A stretch of DNA of 32,466 nt from Cyanophora paradoxa CCMP329 (Eukaryota > Plantae > Glaucophyta): assembly GCA_004431415.1 (NCBI GenBank), contig QPMI01000570.1:1-32466 (forward strand). Direction: 5' to 3'. The position numbers and the translations under genes are program-made. Position 1 is the stretch's first letter. The number at the start of each line of letters is the position of its first letter. A model generated the notes under the pieces. It did no database searches and was not told the origin of the DNA. It worked only from the letters and a program-made list of their open reading frames with translations. Below are positions 10,278 through 23,529 of this stretch, piece after piece.

Positions 10278-10989
10278 ATGGACACGTGCACATAGAAGAT
10301 AGTCGCAAGCACAGCACTAGTACGCAAGCAGCGAACGCGCGTTGCAGTGCGGAACTGAATCTGAGCAGTACCGAAATAACGTCGCTGGCAAATTTCGCGG
10401 AGTGCAGCCGGTGTCACGCAGCGCACTCTGACAGGTCGGCACGTCCTATGTCTGCCGGTCGCACGCTTAGTCAGTTGCAGGTCATCGACTTCAAAGTCCG
10501 GTACCTGAATTCATAAAGGAGCAAGGGGTGCCACCCAACAAACCGGATGTGCGCTTCCCTTACCAGCTACTTCGCGCCACTGCCTCAGCGGTTGGCTGCA
10601 GCTGCTCATTATAACACGATGATTCACGAGGGAACGAGGTCCAGCTGTTCATGACCATGTCGCCAACTACTACGTATTGGGAGCAGCTACTCGGCCTGCA
10701 TGCAAACGGAATCGCGGAGAAATTGCCAGATACGGATACGGCTATAACCACATTCGACGGGAGTGGTGTCGCGACCTCTTTCCAGCAAGATCAGTACCAA
10801 CTGATCACTGCAGCTGTACCAGTCGCAGCACACGAGGACAGTGAGGATGATATGCCAGCACTGGAAATCGGCATGCCACACTTTTACATAGGGATCAACG
10901 CCATTTCCGCCGCGACCGATCCTCCAGCAGTATACTCTCATGAGCATTCGTTGATCTGGCTAGTAGGGGCGGTGCGGCGTGAAGAATAA
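10278..10989 (+). CDS. Hypothetical protein divergent from dNK
   Basis: ATG at 10278; ORF pieces 10286-10516 and 10651-10989; AATAAA overlaps the stop. No recognised domain. Confidence 0.3.
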
Positions 10990-11047
10990 AAATTCGATCG
11001 ATTAAATGGACATATCGCTAAACGAGGGCATCATAGTCATATCTATT

Positions 11048-11680
11048 CTACGGTATCAATGCAGAGTAATGGTGGTTCTGTATAGAAAGTAGAGAACCGT
11101 CGCAGTGAAAGATCCCGTGGTAGAGTAGACACAAGGGACGGTGATAACGGATGAGAGGAGGGACGTGAAAAGTTCCATCAATCCCTGTGTGTATATACGG
11201 GAAACGTCGGGAGGCACTCCTATCTTCAAAAAAAATCATGATAGGTCTACACAAGTAGGCCGAACAGAAGGCGACTTCCAGATTTGTAGCTGCACGGGCG
11301 TTATAATGACATGAGTAGTTTCTGGTTAGTAGGCAGCACACACCGTCTGTACCGGGCTCTCGCATGCGGTTGCAGTATGCGGTAATGATATTCGCACCTT
11401 GATTGAGACCTTGCGCGCCGTTTGGAGCGACTGGGGCGTCGGGAATTGCAGCGGAGTATAATAGGGGTAGAAAGGATGGAGAGGACTAGTTGACATCATC
11501 AGGTCAACAACACCTGCCCGTAGTGTATCCGCAAAGAAACATTTCTCTGATTTCCGCTGTAAGACAGGAAGGTCCCTTCAGCAGATAACCCGTCGATGAT
11601 GGATAGGAACATGCAGCGCCTGCACCAGAATTGCTGCGAATTTCGACGTATTGGAATGGAGCTCTAGATATAAATGAAAG
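11048..11680 (-). CDS. OTU-like cysteine protease/deubiquitinase domain, downstream of and possibly fused to RepHel
   Basis: SGAG(R)CMFLSIIDGL (Cys at about 11613-11615, needs a 1-nt frame correction), LRAGVVDLM, YCNRMREPGTDG/ATNLEVAFCSAYLCRPIMIF, LCLLYH, NHHYSAL. This is the OTU motif order. Confidence 0.72.
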
Positions 11681-12420
11681 GTCTAGATAATTACTGACCT
11701 GACAGAACAAGGTAAGGGGACACTACGTTTGGAGGCAGCGTCCCTTGCGTTACCATGGCAGATATGCGCTCTGCCATAATATGAACCACAGAAGATTGGA
11801 TATGAGTTGAGGAAGGTGCAGCAGGGACAACAACAGTGTTGTAGAGTGGAAGACAGCATGAACGGGAGGTGCGGACCACTAGAAGCTGCATGTGCAAAAA
11901 CCGAGTCCAGACGGCGAGGAAGGAGATCATGCGACAAGAAGGGGACGGTGCAGGGTGTAGATGGCGAAAGTAATGGACCCAGGGGACGGACAGGGGCACT
12001 AGAGGAAGAAACCGGATGAGAAGTGTGGATAACTGACGTAATCGCAGTTCCAGCTACGTTGGCCCGTTTCGGACAGGATGAGGTGACCGAATCGTTTAAT
12101 TTGCGTTTCGGTGTCACAGGGGTTGGTTGTGAACTTGAAGCAGGGGCGTTTGTAGAACCCTGTTTCTTCGGGTACCAACTTGTTTTGATGATCCGGAATT
12201 TGCAGCTTTGAGGCGATAGTATTCCATGACTGACGGCGGCTTGGCAACTGGCATAATTGAAGTTCCCCACAATGCGCGGCGATCTGACGTTGGTAGGCCG
12301 ATTGAAGACGACAGAGTCCGAAGGCGTTCCTGTTCCCGAATATCGCAAGGGTTCGGAGCAAAGTAAAGCCATCGATCGCAAGTTGTGTTCGAATCTATGA
12401 TGGCATCGACATCCGATACA

Positions 12421-15400
12421 TCAGACTCGCCGCTGCTCGAACATATGGTCGCCAATGGTACAGGTACCGCTTGGATTGGCGTCCAGGTTTCGTGACTTGG
12501 GGTCGCGTAGGACATGGGTGAATATGATATCCGCTGAAGATCGAACGCGACTACAGGCTACATACGCCATGTTATACGAGAATGCACGTGCAAGGTCAAC
12601 CACGATCTTGGGCAAGGTCAGGCCTTGGCATTTATGGATAGTAACAGCCCATGCTAGTCGAAATGGGAACTGTGTACGCGATGGCGTAGGGCTTGTGGTC
12701 TTGGCCTCACTCGTCAGGGCGGGCTGGTTTCATGTTCCGGCTGGTCTGAATTTGGCGTTTCCTTTGCATGTACAACAGGCTCATTCGAAAGATCGCGTTC
12801 GGAAGGCTCGATTCGTACAGCCTGGTAGTCGACACCTGCAAGCGAAACTTGGACGCGTCCTCGTTTGCGACCGACCTTGTCATCGTCGAATGCGATGTAC
12901 AGTGCGACGGGTGCATTCTTGTCCAAGATTCGGACCGTTGAGGACGACAGTGGAACTGGACCATCGAACTCCCAACCAACCAAGGTTCCGAGGGCTCCAT
13001 TAACCAGCCGTCGTGTGTATCTTCATTGATGATCATCATTACACGTGAGCCGAGACAAAAAGTGAACTTGGCTGCCAACAGATCACTCTGTTTATTCTGC
13101 AAACTCCAGACTGAGACAAGAAAAAAGATATATAGATCGAACATGGAACAAGCCACGCACGTCAACAGGATCAGCTGGCTTACATGTTTTCGCTTCTTGT
13201 CGTATTCACCCTCATCGAAAGCCTCCAACGTGATGATCGGTGCTAGGTACGATGTGATGTTGCGAACAGGCGAGTCTGATTGTAGGAAGCAACTTCCCTG
13301 TTACAAGGGAACACACGCAATGCATTCTGCCAAGCAGGAGAAGACAGCTCAAGCTCCAACTGCGCATACCCTCGGCGATTTTCCTGAGGGTCAACGGACC
13401 TAAAGGCCCACGGTATTTCAGCACGCTTCAAACTCCTACTTGAATGACGCAGACAATATGTAGTCACACCTGGACAGCACGAGACGTTTATCATTATCGT
13501 GGAATTCACCGACACGCAGTCGCAGACAGGTGTCACGCCACATCGTATCACCAGCTTGCCGGACCACTTCGTCGAGAAAAATGGGATGAAATAATGAAAG
13601 CCATAGATGGATATCGTCGATACGGTCGGCATCTTGCTTGAACGTACGCCACATAAGAGGCGACAAAGGACTGTAAATCCGCTTCTCCCGGACAGGAGGT
13701 AGCTGAAAGAAATCCCCGAAACAGATTACGGATTTTCCAGCAAAGGAGCATCGATCTGAAAGATCTCCTGCAGACGCTGATTGACACGCGGGAAATTCTT
13801 GCCACCTATGAAGCTGATCTCGTCGATGATGATAAGTTCGACGTCCCGGAACTTTGCATTCAATTGGCAGGCTCGTTGTCCAGACAGAGGGTAAAACGTG
13901 TCCTTTGCGCCGTCTTTAGGAGGGCACCGAATGCCAGAAGAGTAGAGACGGTGCTACCTCCAATGTTAAACGATGCAACACCAGTCCAGGACATGAGCAG
14001 AACCCCTCCGTTGCCACACGGTTGGGCCATGTTGGCATGATCCCGGCTCCATTGCATCATATATTTTACAATCGTCTTGATTAGGAAAGACTTCCTGTAC
14101 CGCCTGGTCCGACACACGCCACATGTAAGGTAGTTTGGGAGAGATGGCAGGGAGTTCCACTTGTCGGCAAGCTGGCATCCCGGCATTCGCAGCTAGCTTT
14201 GCATTGTAACTATGCAACCGGAACCAATCAGGTCATTATAATAAAAATAACGAAAGCCAGCACACTCGGATTGAGAGGTGTAGTGTTTTCGAGCCGACTA
14301 GTCATTTGACGGACGGCAACCATCAGCTCCCGTTGTCGGGGCTTCAATTTCGTTTCCATGTCTGGCAGGCTCATTGAATCAAGATCATGCAAATCGACAC
14401 TTGAATTCGACGTAGCCGGGACGGGTGGCTGAATCGAACTAGGTGGCTCAGAGTTGGCCGCCTCTGGTTCCGAAGGGATAGCAGCCGGTGCAATGTTTGG
14501 TCCACCACCTTGCGCTCCCGCAGGAGGAACGGAGTCATGAGGGAGCATTTCGGCATCGACCCCCTGGACTCCTTCGGGTGCACGGGGTCGCACATGGGAC
14601 GTGGATGATGCTGTGCCAGTGGTCGAGCGATTATCATGGTGCAAATCTCTCCCAGCAGCCAATCGCGCATCCCTGTCGAATTTTTGGAGAGATCGTTCGA
14701 GACGTGCAGCCATATGACAGTGAGTAAACTGTATGTTGTACTCTATAGTTGCACGGTGACGGATGACGGCGGCGGATATAACTTCTGGAGTAACGTCATC
14801 CTCAGACTCGACCCCCAGCAGATCGCGCAGTTCGTTCCGGAAAGGACATGCATAAAAAGAAGACTGTACAAGCTGTCCGGATCGCCATCCTTCGGAACCC
14901 GAACCCGAATTGCGCGCGGTCGACGACGCTGTTGCAGCACGTGCCGATGGAAAGGTTTGCCCATCGAGGTCCGTGGACACACGCTGGTAACGGAAATTTA
15001 TGATTACCAGTTGTGTGAAATGCAAGGATCCGATTAAAAACAAATATACCCGGAGGCAGCAATTTTGGGTCGAAGTGGTGCTGTTGTCTGCGGATGTTGT
15101 TTCCGGATAGCCTCATTCGACCATGCCGGATTCGGCTCCCAATCATTCAAATTAGTGCCATTGTCCATTCCATCGCAATCCACATCCTCGCTTGTGAGAT
15201 TCGAATCAGGGCCGGCGCCCTTTGGGGCATCACCAAGGAAATGTATGTTGAACCAATTCATGTACTGCATGAATGTCAACGATTCGAATATAGGTGGCGC
15301 ATCTAATACATCCATCAGTTCGAACGGTCGTAAAAAAACCACCCGAAGCATGCACGTACCAGCAGGGTCTTTGGTGCGAGCCATATAATAATCGATCTGA

Positions 15401-18400
15401 TCGTCGGCCCATGCATCTTGATCTTCAGGATTCTTCTGCATCCTGAATTCAAGATCTTTTTTACGACGCAGATGTTTGGTGCGCTTCGACGGAAGATAAG
15501 CCCCACTGAGCATGATGTCCTTGATGAATAAAATAAAGGGAGACCTGCCAACAGAAAATGCATATTCAGGTAAATCAAAGTGGAATGATACAATTCAATT
15601 AATTCGAAGCCAAGGAAGTATAGGGTACAGACCCAGGCAATATAATCCTGCTTCCTGTTTCGACATTGTCCGACACCCGAGCATAGCATTACGCATCTAT
15701 ATGAGGGGTCCCGACAGTCAGCGTCATGTGTAGCAAGGAATCCAGGCACGCGATGCAGCATGCCTTCAGAAGGATCTGATTAGTCGACGCCTCATCCGGC
15801 AAGTCGCTCAATACGGCCTCCACAGCTTTCATCTCCTCCGTCTCATCCTTAGTCATATAGCCGAGAATATACGCGGCTATCTTGTAAGGGTTCGTCACTA
15901 CTTGAATATCCATATTGGCCTGCCAGAGCTGGATGATGACGTCGTGAAAGTTATTCGTGTAACGATCGTCCTGCGTTGTTCGCCGGAAGATCACCTCCTT
16001 GTCACCACGGCACATAAATCGCTCTTCATGCGAACTCCGCAGATGAGTCTTAGAAGCAAACACCTGGGGAAATCCGAAGCGACATTTACAGCGCTCCTTG
16101 TATTCCGCCATGAACTTCGCAATGCGGGCAGAACGGGCGACGTGCTCAGAAGGTGCTGCTTTTTCCATAGCGGCCAACTGGTCGTCGAGGACGCTATTGC
16201 GGGCCGAATCCGGAAGGGGTCATGTAGTTCCGCACTGTCATCTACCGTAGGCAATTTCCGATGACGTCGAAACTTAAAGGAAGCAGCAGGATCGATCCTG
16301 CAAGTATGAGAGTGTTTATGTCGATTGAAACGGGCAACGTAATTCTGTAAACGAGGTGTTGCCCATGGTTGAGCGAAAGGCCCTTCCGTTCGAGGTTGCT
16401 GAAGTTGAATCGTCGGTTCGCGTACACATGAACGGGGCAGAGTAAAAAATGAGGAAATCGAATGACTCACCTCGGTTTTGACGACTGTATCAAGCCACTC
16501 ACAAACTTGCTCGGCATTGAACGTGGGATCCGAAGGGTCCAAGTTCGGTGGCGGTGTTGTCACACCATCTCGGATGCGCTCACCCAACCAGATTACCAAA
16601 TGAGCATGCAGCGATCCACGACTCTGTACCTCATACCTTCGATTACATTATTGGCGAGAATTAAGTACGGTATGAACCTAACCGCGAACCGGACAAAGAA
16701 ATCAACCACCGGCCAACCAAATAAGACCTCCCCGCCTCCGATTGGAAGAGATCAAGCATGGCACGGACACGCTCGTCGAAATGTTCAGCCACGATTCCAG
16801 GGTTATCGTTCAGCAATTTAACAACCTCGTCACGATTCGCAGTGAACGCCGTTACATCTGCACTGGACCGGAAACGAATAGGATCGATTGCACGCAATAA
16901 GTCCGGCCAATGAAGGTCGTCGCTGGAGAGAGTCATGTAGATATGAGGAAATCCAATCGTAGTGAACATGCTGTGTAATTTATTTCTCGCGTTGATCCAA
17001 TACGCGGCTGTACCGCGCACCTAATTGAACACCACTTTGGTCAGCACAGCAGAGGCAGTAATATATACAAGGGCAAAGACGTGAACGTGCGTTACGTGTC
17101 ATTGTACGGTAGCACCGCGTACGAATGGCCAAAGCGTCGAGGGAATGGTCTTCCACAGTACTGTTTATTAAATTTAATGCGTCGGCAACAGTCAAGGGGG
17201 CATTGGAAGCGACATTGTGGGTGTCACGATTATCGGTTGACATAGCATTGACTATATGATCCCGCACAAAATTGAATCCACGCCATGCATCATCATCCAA
17301 TATAATTGACACGGAATTCAGAAGAGCAGCAGGATCTCGCTGGAAGGGAGCAGATGATGCTGCAAGGCATCGGTGTGAAAAAAATTCACGGGCCGTGAGT
17401 TCGATTGGCCTGGCGGATCATGCAGGCCGTGCGTGCCTGAAGTAACTAACTTAATCTCGGGCGGCACGGTTTCAAATAGCAAATAGCTTACCTGTAGGAT
17501 AAACTGACAAGAAGGAGCAGACGTCTGTTTCGGGCGCATGCGCACGGATAATACGGCCGGCGTTTACAGGGAGAGTGCTAAGCGAAGTTCCTTTCAGATT
17601 CACGGCGACAGAAGGGCAGATCGGACGGTTCAGAGGCGAGGAGTCAGAGACTCCGTCATCCGAATCATCACTATCCGAATCATCGGCCTCGCGTGGGTTA
17701 ACGACATTGTCAGTAGTTCCAGCATTCCATTTCTCAATTTCGGCCAGTAGCTCGGGATCGGTTGGATCACGCAATAGAATATTCTGATAATACAGGTGCT
17801 TGGTGGTATTCCGCAGGCATTCGAGAACTTCGAAGCAGCGATCCAGCCTAACGCGGTTGTACCAAGTCTCTCCACCTTTCGGCTTTCGTTGATTCACCAA
17901 GCAAACCTTCCCTCTTGGTGGAAGTGGGAAAATTGCTTTGATATTGTTGATGGGGTTGCAGGTACAAAAATCACTCGTCCTTGAGAACCTAGTTGCCCTC
18001 CACCCATCCTGCGACCATTCTGCCCTTTTGGTCCTCGAACATGAATTAACTGAGATAGCATACGAAATTACATGACGGTAAATGAGAGTGACAAATAGAT
18101 ATCACCTGATAGTTATTAACCCGCTGACACATCAGCAATTCCGGGTACGTTAAATCAGACAAAAGACGTCGCGTACTTTCATCGACCTCCACACAGTGCA
18201 GACGATTCTGGACAAAATCTGCTTTAGCCGGGTGTGTCGATAAGTATCCAATAACACATACCAAGCGCGAGAAGGGGCAGAAAGGTCGTTCCGGAGTGCA
18301 TTGAAAAGCATGGCACCGGGTACAAAATTCGACACTTGCCTGATCAACGGGTATTCCATGCAGACGCAATACTGAACACGGTTGACAGCACACATCTGTA

Positions 18401-18954
18401 AGTACACACTGACAACTCGATTCATGATGTCGTAGCGGTGAAGCATTCCCAGAAGACACACATTGGCAGCGAATGACATGCAATTTATCTGACCGCCTTG
18501 ACTCTGTGCAGCAGCTACACAGTCGCCGGATGCAGTATAGCTTGAGAAAAAATAACCTGGCAGCATCCTTTAATGCTTGGTTTGAAATCTCGTTCCAGAA
18601 CTGAATCGGTTCATAGCTGATGCAAGCATATGCATGAGAAGTAGACGTGCGTACACGGAAACGCAAACTTACTCGGACAATAAGGTGGCGAAATCCGTGT
18701 GAAGTTCCAAGAGACGTTCAGTCTTGTTGCGCCTGCTACGACTTGCACTCTTCGCGTGTTCCGAGGGTCTGAGAGGATTCGACGCATGGCGAGCTGCAGG
18801 AAAAATAAAACAGAGATAAACGGACATGAAAAGAAAATTCAAATGTCACCCCGCACGTACCCGAATCATAATCACGCAAGAATTGCCTGTCAGAGTCAGG
18901 GAGCGCATTTCTCAGGCGACCACGGTACGAATTCTCTGAAAAAGCGCCCGTCAT
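12421..18954 (-). CDS. Helitron Rep/Helicase transposase (HUH-Y2 endonuclease plus PIF1-family SF1B helicase), intron-rich
   Basis: N-terminal LSDLTYPELLMCQRV and VRLDRCFEVLECL (HLE2/DUF6570-like). Rep: RGTAAYW...GFPHIYMTLSSDDLHWPDL, HUH motif YEVQSRGSLHAHLVIW (about 16585-16636), RHKHSHTC, CRFGFP, ANMDIQ...AAYILGYMTKDE. Helicase: GPGGTG/KS, WTGVASFNIGGSTV, IIIDEISF, FGDFFQLPPV, LDEVVRQAGD, LAWAVTIHKCQGLTL, AYVACSRV. Start ATG 18954 is tentative. Confidence 0.95.
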
Positions 18955-19037
18955 GCCAGTTCACTAAGGGTTGCAAGTTCTAATAAACACTCACTTGTTT
19001 GTCTGCTAGGCTGGGTCGATCGGTGAGCTATAGACCG

Positions 19038-21200
19038 ATGGGCCTCCCAACAAGGACGATCAGCGAGTACGGTGCCACACAGACCACATGGAAATTTGTC
19101 GTCCAGTGTAATATCGTGGGCACCAGCCAAGTGGTATCGCCATTCATTCTCGGTCCGAAATGCAGCCCTGCATGAGGCGGCACCGACACAACGGTACGCA
19201 AACTATAAAAAAGATGCACGCAAATTAGCGAGAGGCAAACGGTCCGAAACAAAAATACCACTTGCATGTTGAGCTGGGGTTGCATGCACGAATCGATGGA
19301 GAAGAGGCGGAGTTGATAAAGAAGACTGCGACAGATGGCACGGTCTAGGTGCAATTTTAGGAAAACGTTGCACCTAACATGGCAGCGACGTTACACCGGA
19401 ATATAATACCCATATTATTCAGCACGCACAATTTCGAGAAAACGTGAGGGCGTGAATGATGAAGAACCCGGTAGAGGGTTATAGGCAAATTGCACATCGG
19501 GCGGTGCAGCCCCGCCATGAATATATTGACTCGTTCAACCTGCGTCGACAAATGTAAGAACATTCCACGTCTCCACGCAACAGCACATATTCGGCAGCAG
19601 CGCGCAGAGGGCCTCCGAGATCTTGACACGATACGCACGGGCCAAATTCGAGGACGCGCCCCCGGCGCGAGAAGCCCTTGCGTCTAAAGCCTGCAACGCG
19701 TACGCTCTCGGCGCCCTGCCTCGGCAGGAAGGGACGTACAGCGGCGCACGCGACGGGAGCACCAGGGCGACGTGCGGCCGTCAAGGACACACCGCCGGCC
19801 GAAAGTCCACGATGGTCCACGTGTACCAGGGTAGCTGAGCACGCTAGACGCCAACTGGGGATGCAGTTCCTAAAGAAGATGCTAGGCGGCAAGACTAACC
19901 GTACTAATTCAACGACCACCCACAGGGGTATCGCATAAAAAACACAGTAGTTGGAAGCAGCACCAGCTATATTAAGATGTCTAGCGGGAAGACGATCGCC
20001 ATATCCAAGGACCTTGTCGCAAACGCGACGCAATACGCACAGAGAGCACACGATAGCGTATTACGGGATGTTAGACAGGATGCCGTTGCCAATCTCGGAG
20101 ACTTCCCCTCGGAATGCAGGGCCGACCTCGTAGAGCTGGAATACACAGCATTGCAGTTAACCGGCAAGCGGCTGATCACGAATCGACAGTTCAATCGACT
20201 CGTATGGGCGGCGGAGGTGTACGCGCAGTTCGCCGAAGTTGACCGGTGTCTGCAAGCAGAAGCTATGGAGATTAAGCGTGACAACGAGCCTAGTCAGTTC
20301 TGCGGCGTATTAAGCGTCTCCCCTTTTCAGCCGGGACACGATGGCGAGTGCTAGCTTTGAAACGGAAGTGGAATTGGAAACTGAAGGCGACTGACGAGAA
20401 ACACGTGGAAGCAGCGGCAGCTCAAGATCGGGACATCGAAGATCTGGAAATATACGCAACAGTATCAGAGGCAATCGCTGCAGTGGAGACTAGGATCGCA
20501 GATATTGAACGCGGAGGGCAACGAGCAGCGGGGACTGTAATAAGGCTGGTGGGTTGGTAAGCATGAATTATCTGTACATGAACACAATAACGTATGCGTG
20601 GATTTGAACTGAAACATGCAATCGGATGCAGTGAGGAGTGTTTGGAGGTCCGGAGAAAGAAGAAGAGCGCGTGGGGAAAATGCAGCAAGCATGCAATTAC
20701 ACGGGACCAAACCTCCAAGATTGACAGTACAAATTGTAGGCAGTAACTACCAGTTGTTCAGCAGGAATTAATATACATCATTCTAAGATGATATCCAACT
20801 CTAACTGGTGAACTTGCAAGGCAGATTCCAGAGCCTGGCAGATGCAAGGCAGTGGCATGGCAGCAGACGAACATGAGAGATGCCACAGTGCAGGTTCCGC
20901 AAGCCAGAAGCAGGTATATATACGGAAGGAACGAAGGGCGGGGGCCAACTGGATGCATATGCGGGTTGGATAGAGGCAGGGAGAATTAGGGAAGCTGAAG
21001 GAAAATGCGATGTAAGATGTAAGAAACGCGTGTGTAAGAAACACTCATCGACAAAATTGGGCGAACCTGGAGCGATCAGTCGTCAAGTACTATTTCGTCG
21101 ACGACCTCGAAAGGGTGGTAGCCGGCTCGTGACCGAGACATCTCTTCGACGAGGACGGTAATACGAAGCGCGAGCCGGGCGGATCGATCGAGGATGGCAG
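19038..21200 (+). CDS. Unknown multi-exon gene divergent from RepHel
   Basis: ATG at 19038; protein-like ORF pieces 19977-20354 and 20348-20560. A GTAAG...CAG intron (about 20557-20631) joins to GCEECLEVRRKKKSAWGKCSKH (C-x2-C...C-x2-H). Gene limits are uncertain. Confidence 0.4.
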
Positions 21201-21208
21201 CGAGAGTC

Positions 21209-23529
21209 TCAGAGGCGCCATGGCTGCCGCGTGCACCGCCTTGACCGAATCCTCATCGGCCCACTGGATGATGTGAGAGGCACGGTTGCAGATGCTGGTG
21301 ACCGACCGGAGCCCTGCTGTATGTCGGCCACAAGGCCGCTGCGCTGAGACCGAGCAGCGAGAAATGCCTGGAAGTGGCCGGCCACCGCGCGCGTCACAGT
21401 GACAACTCCAGCGACCGATGGCGTGTCGTAGAAGACCTCGGCGAGACTGTTGGACGCACCGAACGCTGCAGCAGCTGCAGAAGCTGCATACAGTGGAATA
21501 CGGCGGGAGGACAAGAGGAGGCCACCGACAAGCCCGAGAGCGGCAAGCCGAGGGCAGTTGCGGGCGACTTGTGCTATAGAGCTGACCAGAATGCCGTGCA
21601 CTTCAGGCGCGGGGCCGCTATAGGAATCACGAGGCGCTCGAGGGTGTCCGATGAGAGGCGCATAGCAAAGTCCGATACGAGACGCGTATTGTACTTGTGA
21701 TCGAAGATGCGATGAGCAGAAAGGTCGAGGGATACAAGATATTTGAGATTGTGGATGAGGTCGGCGACGTGGATGAGTTTCTCGGGCAGCACGGGGCTGC
21801 GCAGAACCTCGAGGGACCACGGTAGGTAGTTAACATCTATGCACCCGCCGGGTACTGACGGGATCGAGTTCTCAAAGTGAGTAATGTGATTCTGCAGATG
21901 GTCGTCCATCCACTCAAAATCAAACAGACTGCGGAGATTGACACGCATGGTTGACGGGGCCGCCACTGCCGGCGACGGCACCACGTGCGTGCGCGAAGCC
22001 CATGACTCGTAATCACCAAAGATGTCGAAGCTGACCATCGGAGAGTCGCACTCAAATGTGATCTCGACGGGCGCTCGCAACAACGGAGGTATGAAGTACA
22101 GCCCCTCGTGTGCATGACCCACGGGAAGGGACCCTCGGACGATAACCGACCGAGCATCGAGCCGCGACTCGACGAAGTGACAGCTGTTGGTTGCGCACTG
22201 GTACGCAATGGCGCCCGTAGATATCTCGAGCCGGTCAAGGAAGAACGGACCAAGGGACCAGCCTCCGAATCTGCGACGAGTGCATGTGATTAAAATGCAG
22301 GATCACTTGTAAAAGTAGAACAGGAGTAAATTTCGCTGTTGCTTCAAAGATACCAGCGATGAGACGGCGAACCTATCAACATAGCAGGAGCGGGGGGCAG
22401 TGGTGCCAGGCAGCGGCAAAGGCTTGAAATGCAGAGCGTCCAGGCCTTCGAGCTCATTGGATGCCAGATCATCAAAGACGAGCACCTTGGCCGACGTGTT
22501 CTTGGCGACGACGTACCATTTGCCGTGCACGGGGCGCGCGTTCCCCGGGTGGGCGGCGCTAGTGGACAGGGCGAGTGACCACTGATCTGCCGGGATGGCT
22601 GCTGGCCCATCGAAATCGGAAGGCCGAAAAGATTCGTTGACGATAACGTCCAAGAACTTCGCGATGTACGGATGCCGACGGGGCGGGACGTCGAAGATGC
22701 GCGATACGACGCGGAGTAGGCTGCTCTTGCCAGAGAGGAGGTGGTGGACCCAGCGACCGAGGAAGGCAAGAATAGGCGCGGTGTGCTGTTCACTAGAAAG
22801 GGGCTCCGCAGGGTTGACGTAGCCGACGTCGCGGAGCGCCGCGTCGAGGTCGAGAACGACGCCGCGCTTCCCGTGATAAGGGACCACGGACGACGACGAC
22901 ATGAAAATACTGCGGGCCCGCCGATGCGTGTGTGCGAACGCCACAGCCGAACGGGGGTCTGATCCGAGGTGACGCATGATTTCGGCCATCACCAGGTCTG
23001 GGAGCCCGTCCAGAGGAGAGAACCTGGAACGGATAGTGGTCGTGTGATAATCAGTCCGTACGCGCTCAGCGGCCGGAGGTGGTCGGGTGCGGGGCGCTGG
23101 AGGCATAGGGTGGGGTAGAAGCAAAGAGTGCAGTCTGGAAGCGTGGGGCCTGGGCTTGAGGGTGACGGGGAGTTGAAGGGGGGCGGCCGGGACGAGGAGC
23201 TGGAGGGCAGCAAGGGGAAGGGGGTCTGGGTGCGGCAGAGCAGGTTGATGGAAGACTCGGCCCGGGGCGGGGCGAGCAAAGACGACGGGGGCGAACAGCG
23301 GAGCACAGGGAGGGTTTGAAAGGCCCATTTGGAGTTTCGGTGAGGGCTTTAAACTAATATTCGAAGTACAGTCCAACAGTGCGCACGTGCACGGCTCCGC
23401 GGCCGCCGGAGCGACATCCGGATCCGCCGGGAAGACTCTCGCTGGATCTTCAGAAGGAGGACACGCCGTGCCAGACGTAGAAGCAGATACAGGGGCATCA
23501 GCTGAAGAGAACTGCTGAGCGATGAGCAC
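21209..23529 (-). CDS. F-box-like protein, multi-exon or frameshifted
   Basis: 408-aa ORF containing LDGLPDLVMAEIMRHL...AFAHTHRRARSI (F-box-like), continued by ORFs 21574-22122 and 21209-21820 with weak LRR-like segments (LKYLVSLDLS, RNCPRLAALGL). Confidence 0.55.

Noticed and set aside
12421-16740. Programmed frameshifting or RNA editing in RepHel
   Set aside because: The same 1-nt homopolymer losses occur in unrelated genes, including host WDR26, so assembly error is the simpler explanation.
19038-21200. Helitron-associated Fanzor/TnpB nuclease
   Set aside because: No RuvC motifs (DPG, E..TS..C..C, RD.NA) found in plausible order.
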